A stretch of 64,000 bases of DNA from a virus, in the IMG/VR virus record IMGVR_UViG_3300024294_000597. One strand, written 5' to 3'. Position 1 is the first letter of the stretch; each line of letters opens with the position of its first letter. The notes beneath the pieces are model-generated. The model was not told where the DNA came from. It made no database searches and was given only the letters and a program-made list of their open reading frames with translations. A program made the position numbers and the translations under genes. Of the stretch, positions 20,826 to 30,428 are shown piece by piece.

Positions 20826-21228
20826 TTATTTCTTCCTCGGTTAGTGGTGACCCACTTACTATCTCTAAACATCTTAACACATCTTTAGTACCTTTGTCAA
20901 CTATTTTATCAATTAATCTTGGTTTTTGTTCAGCTAAGTAAGGCAAATCGTGTTCTTTGAGTTTATCTTCTAAACCTGATACACGACTTTCTGCGGCTTC
21001 GAATTCGGAAGAAACTTGAGTAAATTTCTCTTGCACTTTTTGTAAGTCTGCTAATGTTTGTGCTAATGCGGCTTGTGTTTCTTGTTGTGCCATTTCGGCT
21101 TTAGCGGCATTTTCTGCATATATACGTATTTGGTTTTGAGTATATTCGTAATATTTAAATAAAGCAAAACCAGCCGCGGCTAAAAAGCCTGCGATGATTA
21201 GATATTTTTTTATTTTAACTAAAAACAT
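20752..21228 (-). CDS. Probable i-spanin (Rz-like)
   Basis: N-terminal TM followed by a long coiled coil and two C-terminal Cys. Confidence 0.65.
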   Translation of the reverse strand: MFLVKIKKYLIIAGFLAAAGFALFKYYEYTQNQIRIYAENAAKAEMAQQETQAALAQTLADLQKVQEKFTQVSSEFEAAESRVSGLEDKLKEHDLPYLAEQKPRLIDKIVDKGTKDVLRCLEIVSGSPLTEEEINVTKKSKANTTCPDIANPNYVPIN

Positions 21229-21444
21229 TTATTTGTACCTAAAAGTTATGCGACCCTTTGAAACATCATAAGGAGTCACTTCGATTTTAACTCTATCATG
21301 TAGAATAACTTTAATATTATTCTTTCTCATTCTTCCAGATAATGTACCATCAACTACGTGACCATTATCTAGTTTGACTTTGAAACATCCGGGAGTGATA
21401 TCTATAACATCACCTTCAAATTCCATTGCGGGTTCTTTAGCCAT
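21229..21444 (-). CDS. infA: Translation initiation factor IF-1
   Basis: FKVKLDNGH...SGRMRKNNIKVILHDRVKIEVTPYDVSKGRITFR. Confidence 0.95.
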   Translation of the reverse strand: MAKEPAMEFEGDVIDITPGCFKVKLDNGHVVDGTLSGRMRKNNIKVILHDRVKIEVTPYDVSKGRITFRYK

Positions 21445-21851
21445 TAATTACTTTTTAAGTATCCCTTAATATCTTTTTCTGTTACTGAAATTGTTTTACC
21501 TTCATAAAACTCTAAAGACCATTCATCTGTTGTGCAAATACGTGATACTTCTTCAAGTAATTGTAAAGTTGTTTTCATAACATTTTCATTTTTCATTTCA
21601 ACAAAACAAAGATAATTGCCTTCTTCGTCTGCATTAGGAGATACTTCTGTATCTAGGATATCAATGATGCCCTTCTCAAGGAAAGTTGCCAAATCTTGTG
21701 CAGGTCTATCATCCTTTACATAAAAAGCTAAAACTATAACATCTTCTTCGTTCCCTGTCTTAGGAACAAATTCTGCTATTGAAACTCTGGGATGTATTAA
21801 TGACGATAAATCATTAAAACCAACACCTTCTTTAATTTGTTCAAATTTCAT
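21444..21851 (-). CDS. Hypothetical protein
   Basis: Tightly packed ORF in the operon. Confidence 0.6.
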   Translation of the reverse strand: MKFEQIKEGVGFNDLSSLIHPRVSIAEFVPKTGNEEDVIVLAFYVKDDRPAQDLATFLEKGIIDILDTEVSPNADEEGNYLCFVEMKNENVMKTTLQLLEEVSRICTTDEWSLEFYEGKTISVTEKDIKGYLKSN

Positions 21852-21853
21852 AA

Positions 21854-22384
21854 TTAAATATCCTGCTGTTGATTGGTTGCATCATCAAGCCCTTGAATTT
21901 CTGCGTTTCCTACAGCTTCTTGGTCTACTTTAATGTTACCAACTGCCATTTCCTCATCTGTGAATTCATCTACAAACTTACGTGGCATTAGAATGTCAAC
22001 TAACCAAACTGTGTCAGATTTTAATTTTGGTTCGCCATTCTTGTTTAAATCTTCTGGTGATTTTGGAGTAATTGGTGTTTTTAGAGTACCCTGTTCGTAC
22101 TTTACTTCACAGCCTAGTTTAGTCAATCTCAAACCTGCTCTTGGATCAGGCATATCATTGTATTGATACATCACTTTAACGTGTAACCAATAACGTGATA
22201 GCTTAGGTCCCATAGCAATTTCGCCCTTTGACCAGTTTTTATAAGCGTACATGCCAACTTCGTCCAATACTTTTTCAAATTCAAGTAGAACGTCTAGCAA
22301 TGTGCCATTTTTATCGACATTTCTTATATTATCAATAATATCTTTTGAGTCTACATCTGACATGCTTTTCTCCATAATCTTCAT
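21854..22384 (-). CDS. Hypothetical protein
   Basis: ORF directly after TAAATA at 22392-22397. Confidence 0.6.
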   Translation of the reverse strand: MKIMEKSMSDVDSKDIIDNIRNVDKNGTLLDVLLEFEKVLDEVGMYAYKNWSKGEIAMGPKLSRYWLHVKVMYQYNDMPDPRAGLRLTKLGCEVKYEQGTLKTPITPKSPEDLNKNGEPKLKSDTVWLVDILMPRKFVDEFTDEEMAVGNIKVDQEAVGNAEIQGLDDATNQQQDI

Positions 22385-22528
22385 ACATATCTATTTATCT
22401 TTTTTGTTTCATGTTAAATATTTATTTCTATTCTAACAGTATTAGTACATAATTGCAACCTAAAAAAGATAAGTAATATTGAGTGTAATGCTCATTTCTG
22501 AAAATCCCTCTTTAAGGAGGAAAACAAT

Positions 22529-23269
22529 ATGGCACGAAAAAAACGTGTTGAAAAACATAATAACAAAGCAACAAATCGTAATAACGATTACGGTATAATC
22601 CCATTACATAAAAAAACAATTCCAACTATTTTACCCAGAAACGTATCACAAGAAGACTATCTATATCAGTTAGCTAATCCAGACAACAATATTGTATTTG
22701 CGATTGGTCCAGCTGGTACAGGTAAGACACTCCTATGTACGCAAATGGGTATAAAAGCATTCATGGAAAGAGAGGTGAAGAAAATAGTTATAACTCGTCC
22801 CGCTGTGTCGGTGGACGAGCAACACGGGTTCTTGCCCGGTGACTTAAATGAAAAAATGTCACCATGGACGAGACCTATATTTGATATATTTGAGAAGCAT
22901 TTTTCGATGCAACAAATCGAAATGATGCTTGAGGAAAATTTGATTGAGATAGCCCCACTAGCATATATGCGTGGTCGCACATTTGAAAATTCGTGGATCA
23001 TAGCTGATGAAATGCAGAATGCAACGAAATCTCAAATGAAAATGTTATTAACCAGAATAGGTGTTAATACAAAGATGATTGTAACAGGCGACTTAAAACA
23101 GCATGATAGAGGATTTTCAGAAAACGGTCTTTCAGATTTTGTCGAACTTGTACGCAACTACGAAAACGCTAAACTAAAACATATTAGTATTAGTAGGTTC
23201 GAGTTAATGGATGTTGAAAGACATCCTGCGGTTACAGAAGTTTTAAAAATTTACGGAGAAGACGATTAA
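22529..23269 (+). CDS. phoH: PhoH-family ATPase
   Basis: GPAGTGKT, GFLPGD, LAYMRGRTF, DEMQN, TGDLKQHD; SD AAGGAGG. Confidence 0.95.
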   Translation: MARKKRVEKHNNKATNRNNDYGIIPLHKKTIPTILPRNVSQEDYLYQLANPDNNIVFAIGPAGTGKTLLCTQMGIKAFMEREVKKIVITRPAVSVDEQHGFLPGDLNEKMSPWTRPIFDIFEKHFSMQQIEMMLEENLIEIAPLAYMRGRTFENSWIIADEMQNATKSQMKMLLTRIGVNTKMIVTGDLKQHDRGFSENGLSDFVELVRNYENAKLKHISISRFELMDVERHPAVTEVLKIYGEDD

Positions 23270-23270
23270 A

Positions 23271-23300
23271 AGTGATGAGGGAGTTCGCTCCCTCATTATT
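23271..23300. terminator. Strong hairpin between convergent phoH and HAD genes (likely terminator)
   Basis: AGTGATGAGGGAG-TTCG-CTCCCTCATTATT, a 13-bp stem with a UUCG loop. Confidence 0.7.
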
Positions 23301-23880
23301 ACCTATGATTTGGTATAACGATATCTACAATCTCAGACCAAGTATCAACAACCGGAATATCTTGTACATCTGCACCTACGCTGTGTGCATGACTTATAAG
23401 AATTGGTTTCAACCCATACTTGAGACCACAAACTGCATTCTCAGGCTTATCTTCAATCCAATACAGCCCTGTTCCTTCGTAAGGTAAAAGACCTTCGTCT
23501 TTATCAGCACCGGTATCTAAACAAACAAGTTCAGTAAATACCCCTTTTCCAAATACATCATCTAAGTTTTGCTGTCTTAGTGCTTTTGTATTTTCATCTA
23601 AACTTAATGAAGTGACACAGTGAAAAGTGTAACCTGCTTCTACCAGAGCGGCAACACCGCTTCTTGCATCACGCAAGACAGGAAGATTAAGCATCCATGA
23701 ACTATTGTTGAATTCTTTGATTAGTTTTTTAACTTCAACTTTTTTCATAGCAAATACGTCTGCCATGTTATAGACACCTTCATTTTGTGTGTCATATCCT
23801 TTTGATTTCATCCATTGATAAAAAGAAGTTTCCCAATCGAGGAGAACCCCATCACAATCTGTCACTATAATTTTCTGCAT
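23299..23880 (-). CDS. HAD-superfamily hydrolase (5'-nucleotidase-like)
   Basis: DCDGVL motif I and WIEDKPEN motif IV. Confidence 0.8.
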   Translation of the reverse strand: MQKIIVTDCDGVLLDWETSFYQWMKSKGYDTQNEGVYNMADVFAMKKVEVKKLIKEFNNSSWMLNLPVLRDARSGVAALVEAGYTFHCVTSLSLDENTKALRQQNLDDVFGKGVFTELVCLDTGADKDEGLLPYEGTGLYWIEDKPENAVCGLKYGLKPILISHAHSVGADVQDIPVVDTWSEIVDIVIPNHR

Positions 23881-23910
23881 GTTTTTTGATTTCTTTCTGA
23901 TTACTTATAT

Positions 23911-23938
23911 ATAATAGCATGATTCGTAATTTTGTCAA
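23911..23938 (-). promoter_or_regulatory. sigma70-type early promoter with CGAATC spacer element
   Basis: TTGACA-aaattaCGAATCatgc-TATTAT. Confidence 0.8.
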
Positions 23939-23943
23939 GTTTT

Positions 23944-25308
23944 TCACACTTTTTCTTTAGTTACTAATCTCCAAACTTCGGGCAAAGCAGTCTTAATATT
24001 TTTGCCTCTACGTTTGTCCAATAAAATAGAATACTTATAAAAATCTAATATTTCTGTTCTACTTGGTTCTTGTGCTATTAATGACTTTCCTTTACGAACA
24101 GTTTCTTTCAACATACGTATCGTAGTCATGTTCCAATGATTACCTGCTTGATAGTGTTTATCTTTTATATCACCTAACCATTTTTCGATTCTTCTAAACA
24201 AATCTTTATCTCCTTCACCGTTATTTTCATGAGGGAAAAGTTTTGGTTGGAGATATGCAGGATACATTACATTATTAAGATAAATGTTTATACCTTCTCC
24301 TTGATTAATCAACAAGGCTTTTTGTATGTTATCTCCTCTTATTTCTAAGCATAAGTCTAACCACCATTGAAACATTTCAGGAATGTGATTGGCGTTATAC
24401 ACACTCAGCGTTGGTTCCCATTTTACTTGAAAACCTTCATATTTCATTGATAATTCTAGCCAACTTCTGGCTGTTGCGTTTACAGTTTCCCAAGAACTTA
24501 AATGTCTCGTATAGTCATTTACTTCCTCGGTTCCGTCAATGCTCAACGATATTTTTACTTCTTTAAATTGTTTCAACCTATTGATAATTTTATCCTTTGG
24601 TATCCAACTTGCATTTGTAAAAATATGCAAAGCAATATTCTTTGCGTAACCTGTTTCAATAATAAAGTCTACAATACTTCCGAACTTTGGATGTAACATT
24701 GGCTCACCGCCAACGAACTTTATTCTATTAACATGTTCATAATCTTGTTTGTTATAGTCGATTTGTAGTTTCGTGTCTGTACCATACACTCCTCTACCAA
24801 ACCCCATTTCATCATTTAACCATCTATCATCTTCTTCCCACTTTGTACTTAATGAAGAAGAACATATATTACATGCAAGATTACAATAATTTCCTAAATT
24901 CATTTCAATATAAGTTAATTTAGGTGTTTGTATGTAATCTATTACTTCTGCCCAATCACCTTGGCTATCATGTGTTAAACCTGCATCAACTTTTTGTTCA
25001 AGCATTATCTCATTTGCTTGTTGTCGTAATGAATATATTCCTTGTTCTTCTTCTTCGTAACATTTCCAACAACCAGGATCTTTTTTTCCAGATAGTGAAT
25101 TTTTTCTTAATTCATTCCATTTGTCTGAATGAAAGGTTTCATTGAAACTCTTTACTGGTTCCATTGGCCAAGCTACAGGATGATTTTTAGGGTCTTCCAA
25201 ATCGCCTTTTTTATTATTATATCTACAACAGGGATTACTTAATCTACCGTTCCAAAGTGCAACATGATTAAAGAAGTATTTGCAATAAGTTTTAGATGAT
25301 ATAGACAT
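23944..25308 (-). CDS. Radical SAM protein with an N-terminal SPASM/twitch-like Cys cluster
   Basis: CNLACNIC (CxxxCxxC), GGEPMLH, SIDG; N-terminal YC...PCC...CWKC. Confidence 0.85.
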   Translation of the reverse strand: MSISSKTYCKYFFNHVALWNGRLSNPCCRYNNKKGDLEDPKNHPVAWPMEPVKSFNETFHSDKWNELRKNSLSGKKDPGCWKCYEEEEQGIYSLRQQANEIMLEQKVDAGLTHDSQGDWAEVIDYIQTPKLTYIEMNLGNYCNLACNICSSSLSTKWEEDDRWLNDEMGFGRGVYGTDTKLQIDYNKQDYEHVNRIKFVGGEPMLHPKFGSIVDFIIETGYAKNIALHIFTNASWIPKDKIINRLKQFKEVKISLSIDGTEEVNDYTRHLSSWETVNATARSWLELSMKYEGFQVKWEPTLSVYNANHIPEMFQWWLDLCLEIRGDNIQKALLINQGEGINIYLNNVMYPAYLQPKLFPHENNGEGDKDLFRRIEKWLGDIKDKHYQAGNHWNMTTIRMLKETVRKGKSLIAQEPSRTEILDFYKYSILLDKRRGKNIKTALPEVWRLVTKEKV

Positions 25309-25541
25309 TATTTCTTCTTCTTTAAAATTACTCTGAATGCACCTGCGTTTCTATCTAATCTTCTAGTTTCTCTAACATAAGGATCCGCTTCGCACCATTT
25401 TTCAAATTCTTTCGACATTTCACCCTGTCCTACTACAACTACTATTTGTTTATGCCCTTGCATATATGCGTCAACAGTAGAACTACGAAAACGTTTCCAA
25501 CCATCATGTACTCTCAGACCATGTAAATCAATTTTATGCAT
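25308..25541 (-). CDS. Stand-alone Smr-domain protein
   Basis: IDLHGLRV...IVVVVGQG...NAGAFRV. Confidence 0.8.
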   Translation of the reverse strand: MHKIDLHGLRVHDGWKRFRSSTVDAYMQGHKQIVVVVGQGEMSKEFEKWCEADPYVRETRRLDRNAGAFRVILKKKK

Positions 25542-25974
25542 GAATATTCTTATCCCACGTAAACTTGGCAGAAAACATATTTACTCTGCTTGAATCTGGT
25601 GATAAGACAACATATGGCAATCTTTCATTGATGAAAAATATCTTATTAGTTTGTAATTTAAAAGATTTTCCGTCTACTCGTATTTCAACATTACCTTGTG
25701 TTACTAGAAAAAATAGTCCTGTAGGTTCATCATAGTTTAAATTCATCTTTGAGTCACTTTGAAACGGTTCAGGAAATGTATCGGCACTTATATCAGTAAT
25801 TGTAGTTTTTAAGATACTATTAATGGAATCTACAATCAATTTAGCGTCAGAGGTGTCTCCGCTTACAATCATTTTATTGATTTTATTACCAATAGGAGCT
25901 GATATTGTACCTAAAATCTTTGTACTAGGCATGTTGTATTCTGCGTTAAACTTATCTCTTTGTATTTTGCTCAT
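25534..25974 (-). CDS. Hypothetical protein (beta-rich, possibly cupin-like C-terminus)
   Basis: Overlapping start/stop packing. Confidence 0.5.
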   Translation of the reverse strand: MSKIQRDKFNAEYNMPSTKILGTISAPIGNKINKMIVSGDTSDAKLIVDSINSILKTTITDISADTFPEPFQSDSKMNLNYDEPTGLFFLVTQGNVEIRVDGKSFKLQTNKIFFINERLPYVVLSPDSSRVNMFSAKFTWDKNIHA

Positions 25975-26414
25975 CTTATGTTTATTTTTTCATTATAGAA
26001 TTGGTTATATTTTTCTTTATTAAAGTTTATTTGATTAGTCATTAGATATGCTGATAATTCTATTATTTTTTCTTCAATCATATCAGGATGAATACAAATA
26101 TAATTACCTTCCAGTTTATTTAGAAACTTATAGATTTCATCATTAATGTCTTGTGTATTGTATCTCCAGTTTCTCCTGCTCCATATCTTCATTTCCTTGG
26201 GAGATTCTGTATTATACTTACCTTTGATAGTCCCATTGTGTAAACAGTCATATGGCTTGGTTAAACAAATTATATTACTATCACCGGGCTCTAATTCATC
26301 AAATTTAAAGAAACCATTTTTATCCCAATCAAATGACTTATAATCATACGGGAGTAAACTTCCAATGAAGTCTTGAATGCCATCTTCAAAGTCAAATATA
26401 TGTATACTAGCCAT
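25971..26414 (-). CDS. Hypothetical protein
   Basis: Operon packing. Confidence 0.5.
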   Translation of the reverse strand: MASIHIFDFEDGIQDFIGSLLPYDYKSFDWDKNGFFKFDELEPGDSNIICLTKPYDCLHNGTIKGKYNTESPKEMKIWSRRNWRYNTQDINDEIYKFLNKLEGNYICIHPDMIEEKIIELSAYLMTNQINFNKEKYNQFYNEKINIR

Positions 26415-26417
26415 GTG

Positions 26418-26756
26418 TTACTCAGTAGGTTGCTTTTCGCTTTTACCTTTATTAATCAGGCCGCCATCTTTGCATTCCTCGATAAATTTATTATAATGCT
26501 GAGGATATTTAATCATAACATGTTGGACTATTTTATTATAGTCCTTTGTTTCAGCCGAATTCTTTTCTATTTTAGCATCCGTAAGATTTATAATTGTTGT
26601 AGAATGGTCCCAATATCGTTTACGCAATCTTGTAACAAAATAACAATCTTCTATCATTGTCCATTTGCCTTTTTTGCCAAAGTCCTTCATTGATGTATTC
26701 TGACCTTCTGCAGGCCTAAATGTGTGTGCTAAAACTATGTATGCTTTTTTTGCCAT
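26418..26756 (-). CDS. Hypothetical protein
   Basis: Operon packing. Confidence 0.55.
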   Translation of the reverse strand: MAKKAYIVLAHTFRPAEGQNTSMKDFGKKGKWTMIEDCYFVTRLRKRYWDHSTTIINLTDAKIEKNSAETKDYNKIVQHVMIKYPQHYNKFIEECKDGGLINKGKSEKQPTE

Positions 26757-26757
26757 A

Positions 26758-27159
26758 TTATTCTATCGTAATCTTTGCTTTGTTAACTACTAACTTATTA
26801 TTTTCAGTAATATTTATCATTGCCATAAACCAATCTTCTGAGATTATATAACTACTTGTATTTGTGCATTGTTCAATCACTTTTTCTAATATACTTTCTT
26901 TATAACCTGCAGGGTTAGGGTCTCCTATAATCACATAGTTGAATTTCTTGTCAGACACTTCGCTATCCCAATAATTGATTGCACCAGGCAAATCATTAGT
27001 AGTGTTTAGTGCTATTTTTATTCCTTCACCTTCTTCGTATATAGACTTGAATGGGTTAACTGGTTCATTATCTTCGCAAAGTTTAATTACTTCTTTGTAC
27101 AACATCAGTTTGTATTGGGATTGTTTATCCTCTGAAATGATTACTTTTGGTTCATACAT
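26758..27159 (-). CDS. Hypothetical protein
   Basis: Operon packing. Confidence 0.5.
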   Translation of the reverse strand: MYEPKVIISEDKQSQYKLMLYKEVIKLCEDNEPVNPFKSIYEEGEGIKIALNTTNDLPGAINYWDSEVSDKKFNYVIIGDPNPAGYKESILEKVIEQCTNTSSYIISEDWFMAMINITENNKLVVNKAKITIE

Positions 27160-27163
27160 TTTT

Positions 27164-28090
27164 TTACTTTGCTATATACTGTAACTCTAGCAATGTTGCA
27201 CTTAGATTAATTTCAGGGTCAGCAACTAATGAGTGATTAACTAATCCATCACGAATGCACAATAATGCTTTGCCTTTTTTCATATCATCTTGTCCGAACC
27301 AGTCTAAGTTTTCATATAACTTACGATATACGCCTTCATATTCTTCCGCACGTGCTTTTGATACGATAAGTTTACGTGCTTCCGATACTTTTCCTAATTG
27401 AAATAGTGCTACATATTCTAGTATCCAATCGCTTTCACCACTTTCACCTTGACCAGGTTGTTGCAAAGCACCATCAACAATATTTTGTTGAACCATATTG
27501 ATACATTTACGTAAATCAGGATATGCTGACCTAACATAAACATCAAGTATTTCTAAATCTGGATTAATTCCTTCTGTGATAAGAATTTCAGCAACACGGG
27601 CTGTGAATTCATTCGTATCTAGTTTTTCAATATGATAACCTTGACAACGTGAATGAATTGCTGGAATAACTTTGTTTGGATAATTACATGTTAGAATAAA
27701 TCTACATGTGGAAGAATATGTCTCCATCATATTACGTAGAATTGCTTGTGCGTTCTGTGATAGATAATCAGATTCATCTAGTAATACATATTTGAATTCA
27801 CCACCAAAAGGAAGCGAACTAGCAAAACCATTAATCTTAGTACGCATTGTATCTACGTTGTTTTCGCTTGATGCATTGATAAACATTACATCACCATCAT
27901 CAACACCAAGTTCTTTTAACAAAACTTTCGCTAATGTAGTTTTACCTGTACCTGCTGAGCCTGAGAACAGTAGATGCGGAATCGCTCCACTTTCTACCCA
28001 ACTCTGTACTTGATGTTTTTGTTTCTCATCCCTGAAAACATACTGACCTATGTTACTTGGTCGATACTTTTCTACCCACAATTCTTTCAA
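27164..28090 (-). CDS. Clamp loader small subunit (RFC / T4 gp44-like)
   Basis: LWVEKYRP, GSAGTGKT, INAS, LDESD and the SRC motif. Confidence 0.92.
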   Translation of the reverse strand: MKELWVEKYRPSNIGQYVFRDEKQKHQVQSWVESGAIPHLLFSGSAGTGKTTLAKVLLKELGVDDGDVMFINASSENNVDTMRTKINGFASSLPFGGEFKYVLLDESDYLSQNAQAILRNMMETYSSTCRFILTCNYPNKVIPAIHSRCQGYHIEKLDTNEFTARVAEILITEGINPDLEILDVYVRSAYPDLRKCINMVQQNIVDGALQQPGQGESGESDWILEYVALFQLGKVSEARKLIVSKARAEEYEGVYRKLYENLDWFGQDDMKKGKALLCIRDGLVNHSLVADPEINLSATLLELQYIAK

Positions 28091-28241
28091 GTTCTTCTCC
28101 GTTTTCGTTTATAAATTTTCTAGCAATGTCATTGACGGGCTTATCATCTGAAAGCAGTGGCATCCATTCGAATTCTTCCTGCATTTCAGTGTCTTTTGAC
28201 ATTCTTTTGTTTATTATAATTCCTTTTTTGAACTTTGTCAA
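28053..28241 (-). CDS. Hypothetical protein
   Basis: Short ORF on the coding strand. Confidence 0.4.
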   Translation of the reverse strand: MTKFKKGIIINKRMSKDTEMQEEFEWMPLLSDDKPVNDIARKFINENGEELERIVGRKVSTK

Positions 28242-28244
28242 GAC

Positions 28245-28664
28245 TTAATCCTCTTTATCCCATGGCATGGGATTATCACGTTGATTATAGTACTCTTTTT
28301 TCATTTCAAGCATTGCACGATATGGAACACGATGTTCAAAACAGGCCGCATGTGCGGCTGACATTCTTACGAATCTTTGCCCATCCCTATTCTTGGGACC
28401 TACAAACATTTCAATACCTTTGGCTTTTCCCACCCATTCGTTCTGCCAATGTTCTATCATGTCTTCAAACGCTTCTTTATCCCAATAATACGTCATAGCA
28501 AAATTGTCAGAAACTTTTACTGTCATTTTCAAACGTTCTCGGTGTTTGAAATAGTATATCTTAATATCACTTTCGAATGGTTTAATATAATCAAATTGTT
28601 TTGAAAACTTATCCATTCTTTCAAATAGTGCATCTAAGTTTTCAGATTCTTTATTTACACTCAT
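28245..28664 (-). CDS. Hypothetical protein
   Basis: Coding-strand ORF; may have an internal start. Confidence 0.5.
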   Translation of the reverse strand: MSVNKESENLDALFERMDKFSKQFDYIKPFESDIKIYYFKHRERLKMTVKVSDNFAMTYYWDKEAFEDMIEHWQNEWVGKAKGIEMFVGPKNRDGQRFVRMSAAHAACFEHRVPYRAMLEMKKEYYNQRDNPMPWDKED

Positions 28665-28852
28665 ATGTAATTTTCTATCCCACTATCTTGACCTAACCAT
28701 TCTTTAACTTCTTCAATACGATGGTATTTTAATGTTTTAGGTCTTTGTTGTTTTATTGTTTCTAAATGTAGTGTTGCTTCTTCCAATGTTTTAAATTTAG
28801 CAACCACTACTTCATTTTCAACTCTCGGTGTGTAGATGATTTCAAAAGACAT
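28661..28852 (-). CDS. Hypothetical protein
   Basis: ATGA overlap with the downstream gene. Confidence 0.5.
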   Translation of the reverse strand: MSFEIIYTPRVENEVVVAKFKTLEEATLHLETIKQQRPKTLKYHRIEEVKEWLGQDSGIENYI

Positions 28853-28861
28853 TTTATATTC

Positions 28862-29074
28862 CTATTCGTCTATTTTTGCAAATTCTGTTACAGGTTTGCC
28901 ATTCTCATCAAATGTGCGTGTTTTAACCTTAAGATATCCGTTATTGTGAAGCATGTCAACCATACTTCCAGCACCCTGTTCTCTACCTACGTCCTTGCCC
29001 TTCATATATCCCATAACAAATAGTATAAGTCCAAAAAGTACAGCAATATATCCTGGGTTTATTCCAAAATCCAT
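28862..29074 (-). CDS. Small membrane protein
   Basis: N-terminal TM; SD GAGGAG; upstream TTGACA..TATTAT promoter near 29100-29130. Confidence 0.6.
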   Translation of the reverse strand: MDFGINPGYIAVLFGLILFVMGYMKGKDVGREQGAGSMVDMLHNNGYLKVKTRTFDENGKPVTEFAKIDE

Positions 29075-29133
29075 AAGTTTCTCCTCTGAGTTATATACAT
29101 AATAATAACACTAAACACATAAAGTGTCAAGTG

Positions 29134-29562
29134 TTATTTTTTTAGTTTTTCTATTTCTTGTGAATTAGCGGCTATCTTCTCGTCTTGCACTTTGTCTATG
29201 AGCGCCTTCATCTTTAATGCTACTTCCTCATCTGTGTCAACGTGTAGGTCTTTTTTGATAACTTTCTCTAATTTTAGTACTGGTATTCTTTCATTTGGAA
29301 CATATCTCCATGTGTATCCTCTATCAGAATAAACACCAAATACAGTTTGTCTTGCACCAATCTTTACAATCATTGCTAGTTCGCCATCAAGTAGTACTTC
29401 ATCGCCTTCATTAAATGCAGGATCCATTTTGAATTTTAATCCTTTAGCCAATCCTGTAGCAAAGTCTTTAAACCATATGGCAACAACTAAAGATATTAAG
29501 ACACCAATCCATGGTAGTAAGAAATCAGATAATTCCATGCTTAGTGAGTTAAGGTCTGTCAT
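29134..29562 (-). CDS. Minimal MscS-family mechanosensitive-channel domain protein (likely start ATG 29562)
   Basis: TM, then FNEGDEVLLDG...IVKIGARQT...YVPNERI; exact TATAAATA at 29585-29592 upstream. Confidence 0.7.
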   Translation of the reverse strand: MTDLNSLSMELSDFLLPWIGVLISLVVAIWFKDFATGLAKGLKFKMDPAFNEGDEVLLDGELAMIVKIGARQTVFGVYSDRGYTWRYVPNERIPVLKLEKVIKKDLHVDTDEEVALKMKALIDKVQDEKIAANSQEIEKLKK

Positions 29563-29598
29563 TTTGTCTCTCCCATTATAGTCGTATTTATACAATAA

Positions 29599-29717
29599 TT
29601 GACATTGACGGCTATTTGACGGTGTCAATTTTTTGAATGGATTTTATGTCAAATTTATTTTTTTACAATATAATATAATTTACGTAGAAAGCACGTTTCC
29701 TGTGTCAATTTTTTGAA
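29599..29717. promoter_or_regulatory. Divergent control region with a repeated GTGTCAATTTTTTGAA element
   Basis: Identical 16-mer at 29622-29637 and 29702-29717, plus several TTGAC/GTCAA half-sites. Confidence 0.5.
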
Positions 29718-29837
29718 CTTAAATGATAAATATTAACATTGAGTAAAGTTTGTACTTAAAGTATAAATTTACATGGTTAATAACTGAGCATGAATGTATT
29801 AAACACTTCATATCTTGGACTTAGAGGAGACACTTAC

Positions 29838-30428
29838 ATGAGCCTAAAAAAGAAATTTCTTTCTCATAATATTGCCTTGGCAACTATCTTTATTATATTA
29901 ATGGGTGCTATTAGTATTCCTGTGTCTGCGGATGCGGATCCTATCGTTACTAATTCTACTAGTAATAGCACAGTTAAGTCTAATAATGATACCGACACTA
30001 CCGTAAAAAGCCCACCACCTAGTGCGATATCGCCTTCCATTAATGGAAGTAATTCTGATTTATGTACTGTTGGTGTCAGTGGTGCAGTACAAACACAGAT
30101 TTTAGGTGTGTCTACCGGGCAAACTTATAGGGATGCCAATTGTGAAAGGCTCAAACTTTCTAAAACACTATACGACATGGGTATGAAGGTCGCGGCGGTC
30201 TCAGTAATGTGCCAAGACCGAAGAGTGTTTGATGCTATGTCTATGGCAGGTACCCCTTGTCCATATAATGGTAAAATTGGCGAAGAAGCATATGAACTGT
30301 GGAAGAAAAATCCACAAGAAATGCCTAAAAAGGTTTATGTAGATGATGAAAAGAGAATTGCAAAAGAAGGGATGCGTGAAGGGCTTACTATTGCAGGCGT
30401 TCTTGCTTTGCTGGCTTTCGCTCTGTAA
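29838..30428 (+). CDS. Exported Cys-containing protein with signal peptide and C-terminal hydrophobic anchor (likely start ATG 29838)
   Basis: SD GAGGAG; signal ...IPVSA|DAD; KSPPPSAISP; four Cys; C-terminal GLTIAGVLALLAFAL. Confidence 0.7.
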   Translation: MSLKKKFLSHNIALATIFIILMGAISIPVSADADPIVTNSTSNSTVKSNNDTDTTVKSPPPSAISPSINGSNSDLCTVGVSGAVQTQILGVSTGQTYRDANCERLKLSKTLYDMGMKVAAVSVMCQDRRVFDAMSMAGTPCPYNGKIGEEAYELWKKNPQEMPKKVYVDDEKRIAKEGMREGLTIAGVLALLAFAL

